Shown one piece after another: positions 28,271-38,193 of a DNA stretch of 64,000 nt. A program made the position numbers and the translations under genes. The first letter of the stretch is position 1, and each line of letters starts with the position of its first letter. The stretch is from positions 62,001-126,000 of the IMG/VR virus record IMGVR_UViG_3300042402_002641. One strand, written 5' to 3'. Below the pieces are notes generated by a model. It was not told the origin of the DNA and did no database searches. It worked only from the letters and a program-made list of their open reading frames with translations.

Positions 28271-28868
28271 TTATAATAAAGGCATTCATCCTCAGAGTGG
28301 GATTACCTATACTGTAGAAAAAGACATAGTAATTACTCCTTTTTGGACCGAGGAGTTTTGTAAAGAACTTGTTGATCTTGCAGAAAGTAACTGTGACAGA
28401 TTCTCAGGTCATCAACAAAAAAATGTAGATGGATCTGCAATGGGCTACGATGCCCTTTATTTTTCTAATCTAAGTTTTTATCTGTTTGAAGATTATACCA
28501 AACACTATGCCAAAGATCTATTTCCAATTATAAAAAAAGTTTGGCCTTATACCAGAATCACAGGCTGGCAAAGTCCTTTTATCTTGAAGTACAGCAACAA
28601 TGGTAAACGTCATCTTAGTCCCCATCATGATCTAAGTGAATTGTCTTGGAATATAAAATTGAATGATAATTACAGTGGGGCTGAATTGCGATTTCCAAGA
28701 CAGGGAATAGATAATAAAGATATTCCAATAGGGCATATGATGCTTTGGCCTAGCACCGTAACCCACTATCATGAAGTTCCTAACCTTATTTCTGGAGTAA
28801 AATACAGTGTTACTGGGTGGACCTGGCCTAGTGGAGCAGAGCATTGGGCTGGAATAAAAAATGTCTAA
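28263..28868 (+). CDS. 2OG-Fe(II) oxygenase (prolyl/lysyl hydroxylase-like)
   Basis: LSPHHD (HxD), LNDNYSGAELRF, THYHEV, GVKYS. Confidence 0.85.
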   Translation: MIDYNKGIHPQSGITYTVEKDIVITPFWTEEFCKELVDLAESNCDRFSGHQQKNVDGSAMGYDALYFSNLSFYLFEDYTKHYAKDLFPIIKKVWPYTRITGWQSPFILKYSNNGKRHLSPHHDLSELSWNIKLNDNYSGAELRFPRQGIDNKDIPIGHMMLWPSTVTHYHEVPNLISGVKYSVTGWTWPSGAEHWAGIKNV

Positions 28869-29490
28869 AATTATAAAAAAAGAAATATTAAGATTGTTTC
28901 CTAGTCTAGTGTTCAAGGGATCAATAGATGATCACACAGTTATCGATCGTGCCAGCGAACACGTGAATACCTTAAAAAAATCTAAGATTGGATCGCTCAC
29001 TAGAGAAAAATTTACCACCCAAGATAATTTGCATGAATTACCTCAGTTTACGGAATTGACTGAAATTATCCTAGAAGAAACCAGTCAGGTATTAGACTTT
29101 TATGCGGTAGTCAGAGAAAGTCATTACATTACCAATATGTGGGCGCACAGCACTTCCAACGGACATAGACACGCTACACACATACATCCTAACAGCTACT
29201 TGTCCGGTATTGTTTATCTCAAAACACCTGCTAATTGTGGTAACACAATATTCATTGATCCAAGAAACGGATCAACTATGATTCATCCAGACTTCAGCGA
29301 ACAGAACTATTTTAACATGGATTCATTTATACATAGTCCCGAAAAAGGAGTAATACTTATTTGGAATAGCTGGTTGCCTCACACAGTTGATCAAAGTTCT
29401 GTTCTAACTGACGAAGAACGTGTGGTTATTGCATTTAATATTATGATAAAAGGTTCTGTTCAACGTAAGAGTGAACAGATTGTTTTCTAA
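28861..29490 (+). CDS. 2OG-Fe(II) oxygenase (TIGR02466-like)
   Basis: HIHPNSYLSGIVY, WNSWLPHTV, RVVIAFN. Confidence 0.85.
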   Translation: MSKIIKKEILRLFPSLVFKGSIDDHTVIDRASEHVNTLKKSKIGSLTREKFTTQDNLHELPQFTELTEIILEETSQVLDFYAVVRESHYITNMWAHSTSNGHRHATHIHPNSYLSGIVYLKTPANCGNTIFIDPRNGSTMIHPDFSEQNYFNMDSFIHSPEKGVILIWNSWLPHTVDQSSVLTDEERVVIAFNIMIKGSVQRKSEQIVF

Positions 29491-30206
29491 TCTAAGACGT
29501 TTTGTTGAGCAGTTTCTAAACTAAGTTCTTTATCTTCTAATTCTCTAATCTTCTCAGAAATTTTATCAATAAGGCCTAGGTTGCGCAGAATCTTAAACAC
29601 AAGATTTTCTACACTCCATTCTCCTGCACGATCCAGTCCGGCCTTGCGCATTTCTGTGATACGTTCTTTGACTCTACGAAGACGTTCAAGATCTTGACTG
29701 AGTAAGGCAGTTTCCATGTCGTGGACCATGGAATCTTTTTTGCGTTCTACTGCACTGTCATCTACTTCCGGTTTGATTTTCTTAGGTTCAACCAGCCATT
29801 GATCTTTAGCTATGCTAAACACACCAGTGCTGTGGTGTTCTTCCTGCTCGCCCTGTACATAACATTCCACAGGCAGTCCTCGCACAGTGATCGTATGCTG
29901 TTCGGCCCAGAGTGCCTTTTTGGCGTTGTAGAGTTCACGTTCTGCGTCAGTGACTGCGCCTTTAACGATTAGATGAAGGTCTAGATCTGAGTGCTGAGTC
30001 CAGGTATAATTGGCATTTGATCCAGTTATGGTATAGTCTACAACCGGCAGATCTATGCCTATGAATTTTTCAAAGGCCTCTGCTATATCCTGCAGTTTTG
30101 TGCTGACTTCTAGATCCAGTTCTCCGTTGTGCCAGAGTTTTGGATTCAATCGGCGATTTACCGTGACCAGCTGTGATGATGATTCTTCAAGTTCTCTTAG
30201 ACGCAT
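29487..30206 (-). CDS. Nucleotidyltransferase-domain protein
   Basis: GS...DxD motif (TGSNANYTW..SDLDLH); TAAATA-N4-ATG. Confidence 0.7.
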   Translation of the reverse strand: MRLRELEESSSQLVTVNRRLNPKLWHNGELDLEVSTKLQDIAEAFEKFIGIDLPVVDYTITGSNANYTWTQHSDLDLHLIVKGAVTDAERELYNAKKALWAEQHTITVRGLPVECYVQGEQEEHHSTGVFSIAKDQWLVEPKKIKPEVDDSAVERKKDSMVHDMETALLSQDLERLRRVKERITEMRKAGLDRAGEWSVENLVFKILRNLGLIDKISEKIRELEDKELSLETAQQNVLD

Positions 30207-30209
30207 CCA

Positions 30210-30446
30210 TTATTTAGCCCACATTAAGTGGTAAGCAGTGATCAACTCGGTGTTATAGAATTCTGCTACTAACCTGCAGTACATATCTGTACGTTCTAAG
30301 ATCAGTTGACACTGCGAGCGATCCTGCTTTAACAGCCAATTAGTGTGATCTACTCCTATGGTTTTATGCACCTTGGGCCAATCAATTTCAATGTTTTCGC
30401 CCTCGTTGGGCAGCCACTTTAACAGCTCAATCTTAGATGTCTTCAT
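30210..30446 (-). CDS. Small hypothetical protein
   Basis: 78-aa ORF coupled to helicase. Confidence 0.55.
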   Translation of the reverse strand: MKTSKIELLKWLPNEGENIEIDWPKVHKTIGVDHTNWLLKQDRSQCQLILERTDMYCRLVAEFYNTELITAYHLMWAK

Positions 30447-31869
30447 CTATGTTCATACCATTTAGAATCTCACGTAGTTTTGTGCCTTCTACATTGGCTC
30501 GTACCTTGGCCACAGGAGCTCCTTGCGCAGGATCAATTTCACCTGTAACAGGATCTATTCTCTGCAGGTCTGTCTTGCGTTTGATCTGTTCAATGATACT
30601 GGTGCTGCCGCGACTGGCGTTGTTTTGTGTGTCTTGTTCATCTTCTGGTAGATCTGAAATCTTTAGACTGTCTATATTAAATTCTAGATCAATCTTTTGA
30701 CCTACACCTGAACTGGATCTTGTCTTCATTAATTGCAGTTGATAGCGGCCACGCTCACGCATGGCTCTAGATGTAAAGATACCAAACACATTATCTGCAG
30801 TTTGGATCTTACTCAATCCGCCTGAGATATGGCTGTGATCGAATTCCACTTCTTCTACGGCACCTCGATTTAACTGTGCCGCGGTCACACACAGCACCTG
30901 TTTTTCCATAGCCAAGTTGCGTATTTCTTCAGATACATATTTGTCTTTGACGAAGAGATTCTCCGCGGAGATCTTTTTACCTATAGGCATCAGCAAGTCC
31001 ATGTAATCTATCAACAACACGTCGATGGGTTTACCGCATTTGATTTCATATTCTTTGACATAGGCTCGTATGTCATTGACTGTTTTACCCGAAGGCATAT
31101 ATTTAATCTGCAGCTGTCCCGCCTTCTTGCCGATCATCTTGACCTTCATTTCTACATCATCGAGATCACGGAAAATCTCTCTGGTGGGTACTCCAGTGAT
31201 CATAGAATCAATCCGCATACTGACTAGTGCTTCTGAAAGTTCCAGAGTCAGATAAACCACGTTAAGCCCCTGCAGAGCCCAATTCACTCCCAGATTGGCC
31301 AAGAACAGACTTTTGCCTGCACCCGATCCCCCTGCAAAAATATTCAGCTCGCCTCGGTTCATACCGCCAAATAGCTTACGATCCATGCAGGGCCAACCTG
31401 TAGAGATCTGACCGTTCTTGTCTTTGAGACCCATAAGCCTGCCTCGGGGATCTTCAAAGTAGTCTGTGCCCATGTCTCTGGCCAGTCCTATCTGTACTGC
31501 AGTCTTGATCAGTGTTTCCACTTCACCGTAGTTATGTTTTTCTAATAGATCTGCAGACGCAATGATAGCACGTTCGATGGCTTTATGACGTGTGAATGAT
31601 TCAAACTCATCCATGAGCCATTCTAGATGTCCATCTTTGACTATATCTGGTCTTTTGAGATCTAGTCTGCATGATGCATTAACCATGTCATATTCTGGCA
31701 GCACTGTGTACTGTTTGGCATATTCATTAATGAACTCTGCGGCGTCCTGCAGTTTGCGATCAAATAGGCTGTGATCAAATATACCTTGACAGCGTACAAA
31801 TACTTCTGCATCTGACAGCATTAGTTCAAGATATAATTTTTGTACTTCGTATCCGTAGTCTTTTATCAT
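30433..31869 (-). CDS. Replicative DnaB-like helicase (T4 gp41-like)
   Basis: GGSGAGKS, LELSE, LIDYMDL, TAAQLNR, MKTRSS. Confidence 0.93.
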   Translation of the reverse strand: MIKDYGYEVQKLYLELMLSDAEVFVRCQGIFDHSLFDRKLQDAAEFINEYAKQYTVLPEYDMVNASCRLDLKRPDIVKDGHLEWLMDEFESFTRHKAIERAIIASADLLEKHNYGEVETLIKTAVQIGLARDMGTDYFEDPRGRLMGLKDKNGQISTGWPCMDRKLFGGMNRGELNIFAGGSGAGKSLFLANLGVNWALQGLNVVYLTLELSEALVSMRIDSMITGVPTREIFRDLDDVEMKVKMIGKKAGQLQIKYMPSGKTVNDIRAYVKEYEIKCGKPIDVLLIDYMDLLMPIGKKISAENLFVKDKYVSEEIRNLAMEKQVLCVTAAQLNRGAVEEVEFDHSHISGGLSKIQTADNVFGIFTSRAMRERGRYQLQLMKTRSSSGVGQKIDLEFNIDSLKISDLPEDEQDTQNNASRGSTSIIEQIKRKTDLQRIDPVTGEIDPAQGAPVAKVRANVEGTKLREILNGMNIDEDI

Positions 31870-31875
31870 AGTTTA

Positions 31876-32823
31876 TTATACACTGATCTCTAGGTGTTTT
31901 GCAACACCAAAATTATAGTCCCACACACGTTGTTTTGTATGATATAGCACTGCACCTATACTAGAACTAGGATCTCCAGGATTAGGTAAGGTCCATCGAT
32001 ATTTAAACATGGGCTCAACTATTTTTTTATTGGCCAAGCTATTCATAGCACAACCACCCATATAGACTAATGTATCTGTGCCCACAGCAGATCTAGCCAT
32101 AGTCATTATCAATGAAATTTGTTCTTCAAACACACGCTGCACTGCGGCGGCAATGTCCCATCGATCTCGATCGCTGGAAATTGGTTCATTCCAATTTGTT
32201 ACCCCTCGATGAAAGTTATAGGTCACTGCTAACACACCACCGAAATAAGATCTAATTTTATTATAGTATCTGTTGGAATCACCTAGCACACTGTCCTGTT
32301 GCAGTTTATATTCTTCTAGTATAGGTTGGTAACCAATTAATTTTGTAAATGCAGAATAAAACAATCCAAGACTATGAGGATAATCTCGTCCCCAGATTTT
32401 TTTTAATTCTCCGTGCCGGCCTTCCCAGATGCTTGCGCATTCAAATTCTCCTATGGCATCTAGCACCACGATTGCACAATGATCAAAAGGACTGGTATAA
32501 TACCCTGCAGCTGCATGACTAGCATGATGCGGAGTATATCTTAGATCGGCGTACTGCGTTTTGATTTCTTTGATATAAGTTGACGGTATGTCACTAAAAT
32601 CAAAAACTCTGTCCCATTGACCTGCAGTAAATTGTCGTAACTTTTTCAACCAAGGACGTTCGTACCAAAATATTGTGCTAGGACCGCCGTAGTTAAATGC
32701 ACTATGAATGATCTTTGTATCTAATCGATCACTGACTGAATGTTCAAGCATCGATAGTCTGCCATCAGAAAAAACAGCCAGACTACTGCCATGATTAAGA
32801 GCGTTAATTCCCCAAGTAATCAT
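31876..32823 (-). CDS. Carbamoyltransferase N-terminal (Kae1-like) domain, NodU/CmcH family
   Basis: HHASHAA, VLDAIGE, PHSLGLFYS, GGCAMNS, PGDPSSSIGA. Confidence 0.85.
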   Translation of the reverse strand: MITWGINALNHGSSLAVFSDGRLSMLEHSVSDRLDTKIIHSAFNYGGPSTIFWYERPWLKKLRQFTAGQWDRVFDFSDIPSTYIKEIKTQYADLRYTPHHASHAAAGYYTSPFDHCAIVVLDAIGEFECASIWEGRHGELKKIWGRDYPHSLGLFYSAFTKLIGYQPILEEYKLQQDSVLGDSNRYYNKIRSYFGGVLAVTYNFHRGVTNWNEPISSDRDRWDIAAAVQRVFEEQISLIMTMARSAVGTDTLVYMGGCAMNSLANKKIVEPMFKYRWTLPNPGDPSSSIGAVLYHTKQRVWDYNFGVAKHLEISV

Positions 32824-32916
32824 TTGTAGATAAACGGATCACGTTTTCTCAACTCAGCAAGTCTTTTCTTAAATCGCCTGTGTTCTTGAAACTTGGTCCA
32901 AGGCCACAGCAGTATT

Positions 32917-33948
32917 TCAACTATTTTCTTTATCATATTCTAACCTCTGTAATTTATGTTCTTGTTGTTGTTTAGCCATTTTAATTTTTATCTGGCCTCG
33001 CTGTGCAGTTTTAATAGCATCTACTATCACAAATAATTGACCGTAACGCTGTACAGCATCTGCTACATCTTTAATCTCCGGATCCCAATTTGGCATTGCT
33101 ATGCTCCAATCTAGTTCAGCTGCACGATCAAATAATATTAGACCCGCAGCGTCTTGATCCGGTATCACAATAACTTCTGCTCCTAGACTATTGATTATCC
33201 TTGCCTGTTGTTCAGCGATTTCATTGGTTAGTAGTGCAACACCCCCCACCGCTAGAGCGTCGAACGGTCCTTCACAGACAAGTATATACTTCTGTTCTTC
33301 CAGCTGACGATCAAAGTTGAATACAAAATGCGGATGTTGATCTGATAGATATTTTGGCTTTCCGTCGATGATTTTACGAGCAGTATTGCCTACTATGTGT
33401 CCCTGCCATCTAAAAGGCAAAATAACACGATTTTCGTATCCTGGGCTAGGACTCCAGTAAAAATCGCCGTTGTAGGGGTCGTAGCCGCGGTTTACAACAT
33501 AAGAAATCACCGGTTCTAACAAAATAGACACTTCTTTGAAATATTCGCTGTTTACCCAGTCTAACAAGGGCATTGCACCCTCCGGCAGTTCTTTATCTGT
33601 AAATGCGACCTGTATTATAGACGGTGATGGACGATAAGCTTCGCCTTCGGTTTTCATCGCTTCAAACACTAATTCTTTCACAGTATCTTCACTAGCACCC
33701 ATCCAACGACTCAGCGTTTTCATCTTTTCTCCAAACGGAGAACCGGGTTGCCAACCAGTAGTAAATTTACAGTTAAAACAGTTATAGACTATGCTGTCGC
33801 CATCAAAACGAATACCAGCTCGTTTGCGTGTATCCGATTTATGTCCTCTATGATGACAGCAGGGTGCGTTAAACGACGTCCAACCGGAAGGACTGTGTTT
33901 GGCACGAGGAGGTAATAGAGTACTGAACTTGTCCACAACGAGAGTCAT
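32917..33948 (-). CDS. DNA primase (T4 gp61-like)
   Basis: Zn finger (PCC..YNCFNC), TOPRIM CEGPFDA and PDQD, KDVAD. Confidence 0.9.
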   Translation of the reverse strand: MTLVVDKFSTLLPPRAKHSPSGWTSFNAPCCHHRGHKSDTRKRAGIRFDGDSIVYNCFNCKFTTGWQPGSPFGEKMKTLSRWMGASEDTVKELVFEAMKTEGEAYRPSPSIIQVAFTDKELPEGAMPLLDWVNSEYFKEVSILLEPVISYVVNRGYDPYNGDFYWSPSPGYENRVILPFRWQGHIVGNTARKIIDGKPKYLSDQHPHFVFNFDRQLEEQKYILVCEGPFDALAVGGVALLTNEIAEQQARIINSLGAEVIVIPDQDAAGLILFDRAAELDWSIAMPNWDPEIKDVADAVQRYGQLFVIVDAIKTAQRGQIKIKMAKQQQEHKLQRLEYDKENS

Positions 33949-33960
33949 ACATACAGTATA

Positions 33961-34788
33961 CTATCTGTAAAGGATCTTGTCAACTGTTCCTGTGTTTGCA
34001 GTGGTTGGTACATGCTTGATTCTAAACCAATTGTACTTGCCCACGACGTTTTTGTATTTGGCAGTGGTTAAATCTACGGTAGCCACAGTGGCCCATTTGG
34101 ATTCTCTTGGAGTAGCACCCTGAGTGTCTAGACTGCCCTCGATGGTGACTGTGCCTTGATAGTTGTTTGTGGTATAAAATTGGAACGTGTGTGTGGAATT
34201 AGCGGTATTCAGCGTAGGTCTTGCATCTATGATTTGGCTGACGAAAAACTTAGGGGTCTCATCTCCCTGAGTGAATGGGTTGGTATAATTAAACGTATCT
34301 ACTAGCACACTGGGTTCTACATCACCATATACATCACCACTGATCTCTAGTGTACCTACTGTATCATACTGTGCATCTACGTACATAGGCGTCTTGGATG
34401 TGACCCTGTAATCTGTGGAATCTACGGTAGTACGGATTTCTTTAATAATGCTGTAGTTATAGAACCCATTGTCAAAGTCCATAAGTTCAGTCTCAGTAAG
34501 AGTCACAGTGACCTTGCCTGTGGCAAGATCCATGGCTGTGAAATCTTTCTGCATGACTAAATCTTTGGTGTCTCGGCTAACGAGGTTAAATACCAAAGTA
34601 CTACCAACGATGTTACTAGCCTTTTGATCTGCGTTACGAACCTGGATGTCTATGCGATTATCAACACCACGAAATATTTTTAGATTGCGATTATACACTT
34701 TACGATACCTCTCTGTTGACCAAGCGTCCATGGAACTGGTAAAAACATCTAACTTATTTGAGTATAAATAAACTGGATTAAATTGCAT
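33961..34788 (-). CDS. Putative virion structural protein
   Basis: Beta-rich T/V composition; upstream TAAATA. Confidence 0.5.
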   Translation of the reverse strand: MQFNPVYLYSNKLDVFTSSMDAWSTERYRKVYNRNLKIFRGVDNRIDIQVRNADQKASNIVGSTLVFNLVSRDTKDLVMQKDFTAMDLATGKVTVTLTETELMDFDNGFYNYSIIKEIRTTVDSTDYRVTSKTPMYVDAQYDTVGTLEISGDVYGDVEPSVLVDTFNYTNPFTQGDETPKFFVSQIIDARPTLNTANSTHTFQFYTTNNYQGTVTIEGSLDTQGATPRESKWATVATVDLTTAKYKNVVGKYNWFRIKHVPTTANTGTVDKILYR

Positions 34789-34819
34789 ACATTAACGGAC
34801 CTTTAGCATTATTTATCGA

Positions 34820-35191
34820 ATGAGAATATCAACTAACCTACAAGAAAACTTTCCGTTCATCAGCGTTATCAACCACGTAAATCACGAATATGTTGGTATA
34901 ATCATCAACCAAGATGCACAGGTTACCAGTATCTACGACTACAGTAGTATTCGCACCGATCTCGAAAAACAGCAGTTTTTAGAATTCGGCGAAACTTGGT
35001 GGTGGGAATCAAATAGACAGATTCCTATCAATATCTTTCTAGCTAAAGAATTATCAATTTTCCGTTACGTAGTTAAGACCTTTGCTACCAAAGACGTCAA
35101 AGTGCTGTTTGGTCCCTGCACCAGTCTCAATGACATCATAGTCAAACGAGTCAAGCGTAAATCAATCACACTGATTAGAAAGATCTCTTAA
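34820..35191 (+). CDS. Hypothetical phage protein
   Basis: WWWESNRQIPINIFL. Confidence 0.65.
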   Translation: MRISTNLQENFPFISVINHVNHEYVGIIINQDAQVTSIYDYSSIRTDLEKQQFLEFGETWWWESNRQIPINIFLAKELSIFRYVVKTFATKDVKVLFGPCTSLNDIIVKRVKRKSITLIRKIS

Positions 35192-35948
35192 ATCGATCCA
35201 ATAATATTTTTTGTGTTTCTTCATTTTTTTTAGCAGTCAACGACCATATTTTACATGATAGGTCTTTGTTTCCTAGAAACTTTTCTATTTGAGTTAAGTT
35301 TAAGAAATCGATAGATGTTGTATCTTCTGATTGCATAGCTATAGATATACACACTTGATCTAATGCATACATATTTGCTCGTTCATACTTAGGCATTTCC
35401 TCGTGAATACTTTCAAAGTTAATTTGTGACAATCTAGAATAATATTCTTCGATAATCTTCCGAAGAAAATCTTTCCTATCTTTAGATATTAATAAAAAAT
35501 TTGCACCTGTTTGTTTCCACAGATTGTCTTTGTACTCAGGATAATATAAAACACCTAATTTATAATTTTGCAGTGATATTTTTTCATTGAATATGATATC
35601 TGCATCTGTAACATATGCAAGATCTATTAAATTTTTAGAAAACAAATAATCTGTAATGAAGTATCTTGAAGTGAAATAATAACTTTTCAATTTATAAAAA
35701 TTAACATCGGTATTTATAACTTCACAAGAGATAGAAAGATCAATAGACAACTGTAAATCTAAAACTTTGCTTAAAAATTCATCCGAGACATTGATAAAAT
35801 GAATATGGACATCTTGATTAAGTTTATCACAAGATAATAGATTATAAAATCCGTAGTTTTGAAAATAGTTTTGGTCACACTGGAAAACTACAACATTTTT
35901 TGAAATAGGCTTTTTAATTATCTGAATATTCTTAAAGAATTCGTGCAT
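35175..35948 (-). CDS. Putative GT-A glycosyltransferase
   Basis: YFTSRY, DxD (TDADIIF), LDQ; AT-rich. Confidence 0.55.
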   Translation of the reverse strand: MHEFFKNIQIIKKPISKNVVVFQCDQNYFQNYGFYNLLSCDKLNQDVHIHFINVSDEFLSKVLDLQLSIDLSISCEVINTDVNFYKLKSYYFTSRYFITDYLFSKNLIDLAYVTDADIIFNEKISLQNYKLGVLYYPEYKDNLWKQTGANFLLISKDRKDFLRKIIEEYYSRLSQINFESIHEEMPKYERANMYALDQVCISIAMQSEDTTSIDFLNLTQIEKFLGNKDLSCKIWSLTAKKNEETQKILLDRFKRSF

Positions 35949-36504
35949 GCTTGGCCCAGTCACGATACTCTATGATGTTAAAGTCGATATCATTGTTTAC
36001 ATACCAGGTTTCAAAATGACATTCGCCATACCATGATTTTCTTCTCCGCATTGTGAATACATTATTAACTGCGATTTTATAACCTTTGGATGTAAGAAAA
36101 TCAGTCGCATTATCAATCGTTTTTACAAAGGCTCTTTCTTCTCTCCAGTACTCGTCGTGTTCAAATGTAATACAATCAAACTCTATTCCTTGATTGATTA
36201 TGTTCTTTAATGCTAACAAAGTAAGTTCTGGAGGGTTGATATCGCAACTGAGATATCCGTATCTTAGAATATTTTGATACTTAAAATTTACAGCATCTTG
36301 ATAATAGCATTTATTTCTTCGTTTGTAGAGCCATTCTTTTTCAAATTTATTGTCTAATTCTATACTGAATCCGGTCCAGGCGTTTTCTTCGAGTAGCAAC
36401 GTGTTGCTATATTTAGAAGGATCGGCTGCTCCTATTTCGATGTATGAATTACGTTTCGAAACTTGAAGTGCAAATATATCTTGTCCTACTTGAGAATAGT
36501 GCAT
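35932..36504 (-). CDS. FkbM-like methyltransferase
   Basis: YSQVGQD, YIEIGA, SNTLLLE..WTGFSIE, ITFEHD. Confidence 0.75.
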   Translation of the reverse strand: MHYSQVGQDIFALQVSKRNSYIEIGAADPSKYSNTLLLEENAWTGFSIELDNKFEKEWLYKRRNKCYYQDAVNFKYQNILRYGYLSCDINPPELTLLALKNIINQGIEFDCITFEHDEYWREERAFVKTIDNATDFLTSKGYKIAVNNVFTMRRRKSWYGECHFETWYVNNDIDFNIIEYRDWAKHARIL

Positions 36505-36505
36505 G

Positions 36506-37084
36506 TTAATAATATCCGTAGCTGATGCTTTCACAGATTAAATTCATCTGCACTACGATGGCTACAGCATAGGCAGTAGCGTGACTTTTCTTAAAGTAGT
36601 ACTCGTCAGTCTCTGGTTTCGTCCAAACTTCTTTCATTATCTCCGTCCAAGTCCGGCCAATCAAATGCCTCTTGGCTGGCCGTATCATGGCAAGGACCGC
36701 AGCTAATTGTTCCACGGAAGTAGGGCAACATTGTTTCAGAATTGCACCATGGCCATTCAAATGAAATAACAGATCGACGAACTCTTGTTGTTGAAGTAGA
36801 TCCCATAGAGGCTCCTGATTCATTAATTCCACTAGATGCGCTTCATCGCGAACACCTTTGTAGATACCAACATTTAAAAAATCTATCTTGAAATATCCTT
36901 GCGTTTCTGCTTGATCATAGGGCACAGCACAGACATTGACCTCAGCATTTACTGGAACTGCGTGAAAATACACACCGGTATTGTGTTTGACCAATTGACC
37001 GCTATCTACACGACTGGCTCTGATATGTCGGAACAGATCAAGTGCAGAATCTCTATCAACGAAGTCTATGTCAATGTCAGGCAT
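36506..37084 (-). CDS. Minimal DNA polymerase III alpha (DnaE)-like catalytic fragment
   Basis: MPDIDIDF, KHNTGVYF, GYFKIDFL, LAMIRP, FKKSHATAYA. Confidence 0.8.
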   Translation of the reverse strand: MPDIDIDFVDRDSALDLFRHIRASRVDSGQLVKHNTGVYFHAVPVNAEVNVCAVPYDQAETQGYFKIDFLNVGIYKGVRDEAHLVELMNQEPLWDLLQQQEFVDLLFHLNGHGAILKQCCPTSVEQLAAVLAMIRPAKRHLIGRTWTEIMKEVWTKPETDEYYFKKSHATAYAVAIVVQMNLICESISYGYY

Positions 37085-37085
37085 G

Positions 37086-37286
37086 TTAGTTCCAAATAAA
37101 TTCTAGATCACCCTGTGCGATCTTACGCCACTGACTAGGCCCCGGAGTTGCGTACGGAGTGTATACTTCGCCGGTCTCTTGATCAATCAGCATGTATTTT
37201 TGCGGGCACTTGGTCTTGATAGTGAGTATCACTGGGATTTCCAGTTCCTCGACTTGTTCTCCGTTTTTTAAAGTTCTAGGCATCAA
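37086..37286 (-). CDS. Small hypothetical protein
   Basis: TKCPQKYMLIDQETGEVY. Confidence 0.55.
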   Translation of the reverse strand: MMPRTLKNGEQVEELEIPVILTIKTKCPQKYMLIDQETGEVYTPYATPGPSQWRKIAQGDLEFIWN

Positions 37287-37510
37287 TGCATCCTTGTGGT
37301 TTCAAACAACAGCAATGGCAATGTTTCTGCAAGAAATTCTGCGTAAGCTTCAGCATCTTCTACATCTGCAAAATTAGTAAACTTTACATAAACAGAAGGT
37401 TCTTCATCACTGGTGCACATCACTTCTATCTCAATATCTTCGTCTGAAATAAAAGTTTCATTCTCAGCTAGTTCTTCCGGAATTTCTTCTACCTTGAGTT
37501 TTTTTGGCAT
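37283..37510 (-). CDS. Small acidic protein
   Basis: Coupled ORF. Confidence 0.6.
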   Translation of the reverse strand: MPKKLKVEEIPEELAENETFISDEDIEIEVMCTSDEEPSVYVKFTNFADVEDAEAYAEFLAETLPLLLFETTRMH

Positions 37511-38193
37511 TACAGTATCTTAGCCTCCTTGATGACATCACGTACCAGTTCTAGGTCTGCAGGCAATTCTTTAAATCTACGCAGCCAGAATTGTGGATCG
37601 ATCACTGGGCCAACTATGGCTAACTGTTCGTCATTCATCTTTTGCAGCATGGTCTTGCCTTCTCGAGTATTTAACAGGATCCAAGGAGAGATCAATCCCT
37701 CCTTGATATCATGTGTGGCACGGTTGAGATTCACATAGGCAAAATAGTGTTCCCAAGTACTGTTATTCTTTTCACTCCAGGCCATCATGTTTTGTATGGT
37801 TCTTTGTATGGCTCCGTCGGCTGGTTCGATCTTGATCAATTCGCTGATGTATGAATCGTATAACTCATCACGACACCAATGATCCAGTTTGACTCCGCTC
37901 TTGATCACAAAGTCAACGAATCTTTCAGGATAGATGGGCGCAGTATTGATCATGAAACTGCCAAACTTTACAAATGCAGTATAGTACGGACTGGCAGCAA
38001 ATTCGTCAAAGGTCTTGGTGCCTTTGGATTTTTGTGTGAGATCGTAGAATCGTTGAAAGGTGATTAATCCCATCTGTACATGTCGTTCATTTTGTCCGAG
38101 ATGACGACGTTTCTGTTCGCAGACATGCACAAACAGAGTCTTTTCCTTGGCAAATAGTTTACTGCAATATTCGCACTTAAAGTTTAAGTCCAT
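37510..38193 (-). CDS. C2H2-like zinc finger hypothetical protein
   Basis: FKCEYCSKLF..EKTLFVHVC. Confidence 0.7.
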   Translation of the reverse strand: MDLNFKCEYCSKLFAKEKTLFVHVCEQKRRHLGQNERHVQMGLITFQRFYDLTQKSKGTKTFDEFAASPYYTAFVKFGSFMINTAPIYPERFVDFVIKSGVKLDHWCRDELYDSYISELIKIEPADGAIQRTIQNMMAWSEKNNSTWEHYFAYVNLNRATHDIKEGLISPWILLNTREGKTMLQKMNDEQLAIVGPVIDPQFWLRRFKELPADLELVRDVIKEAKIL

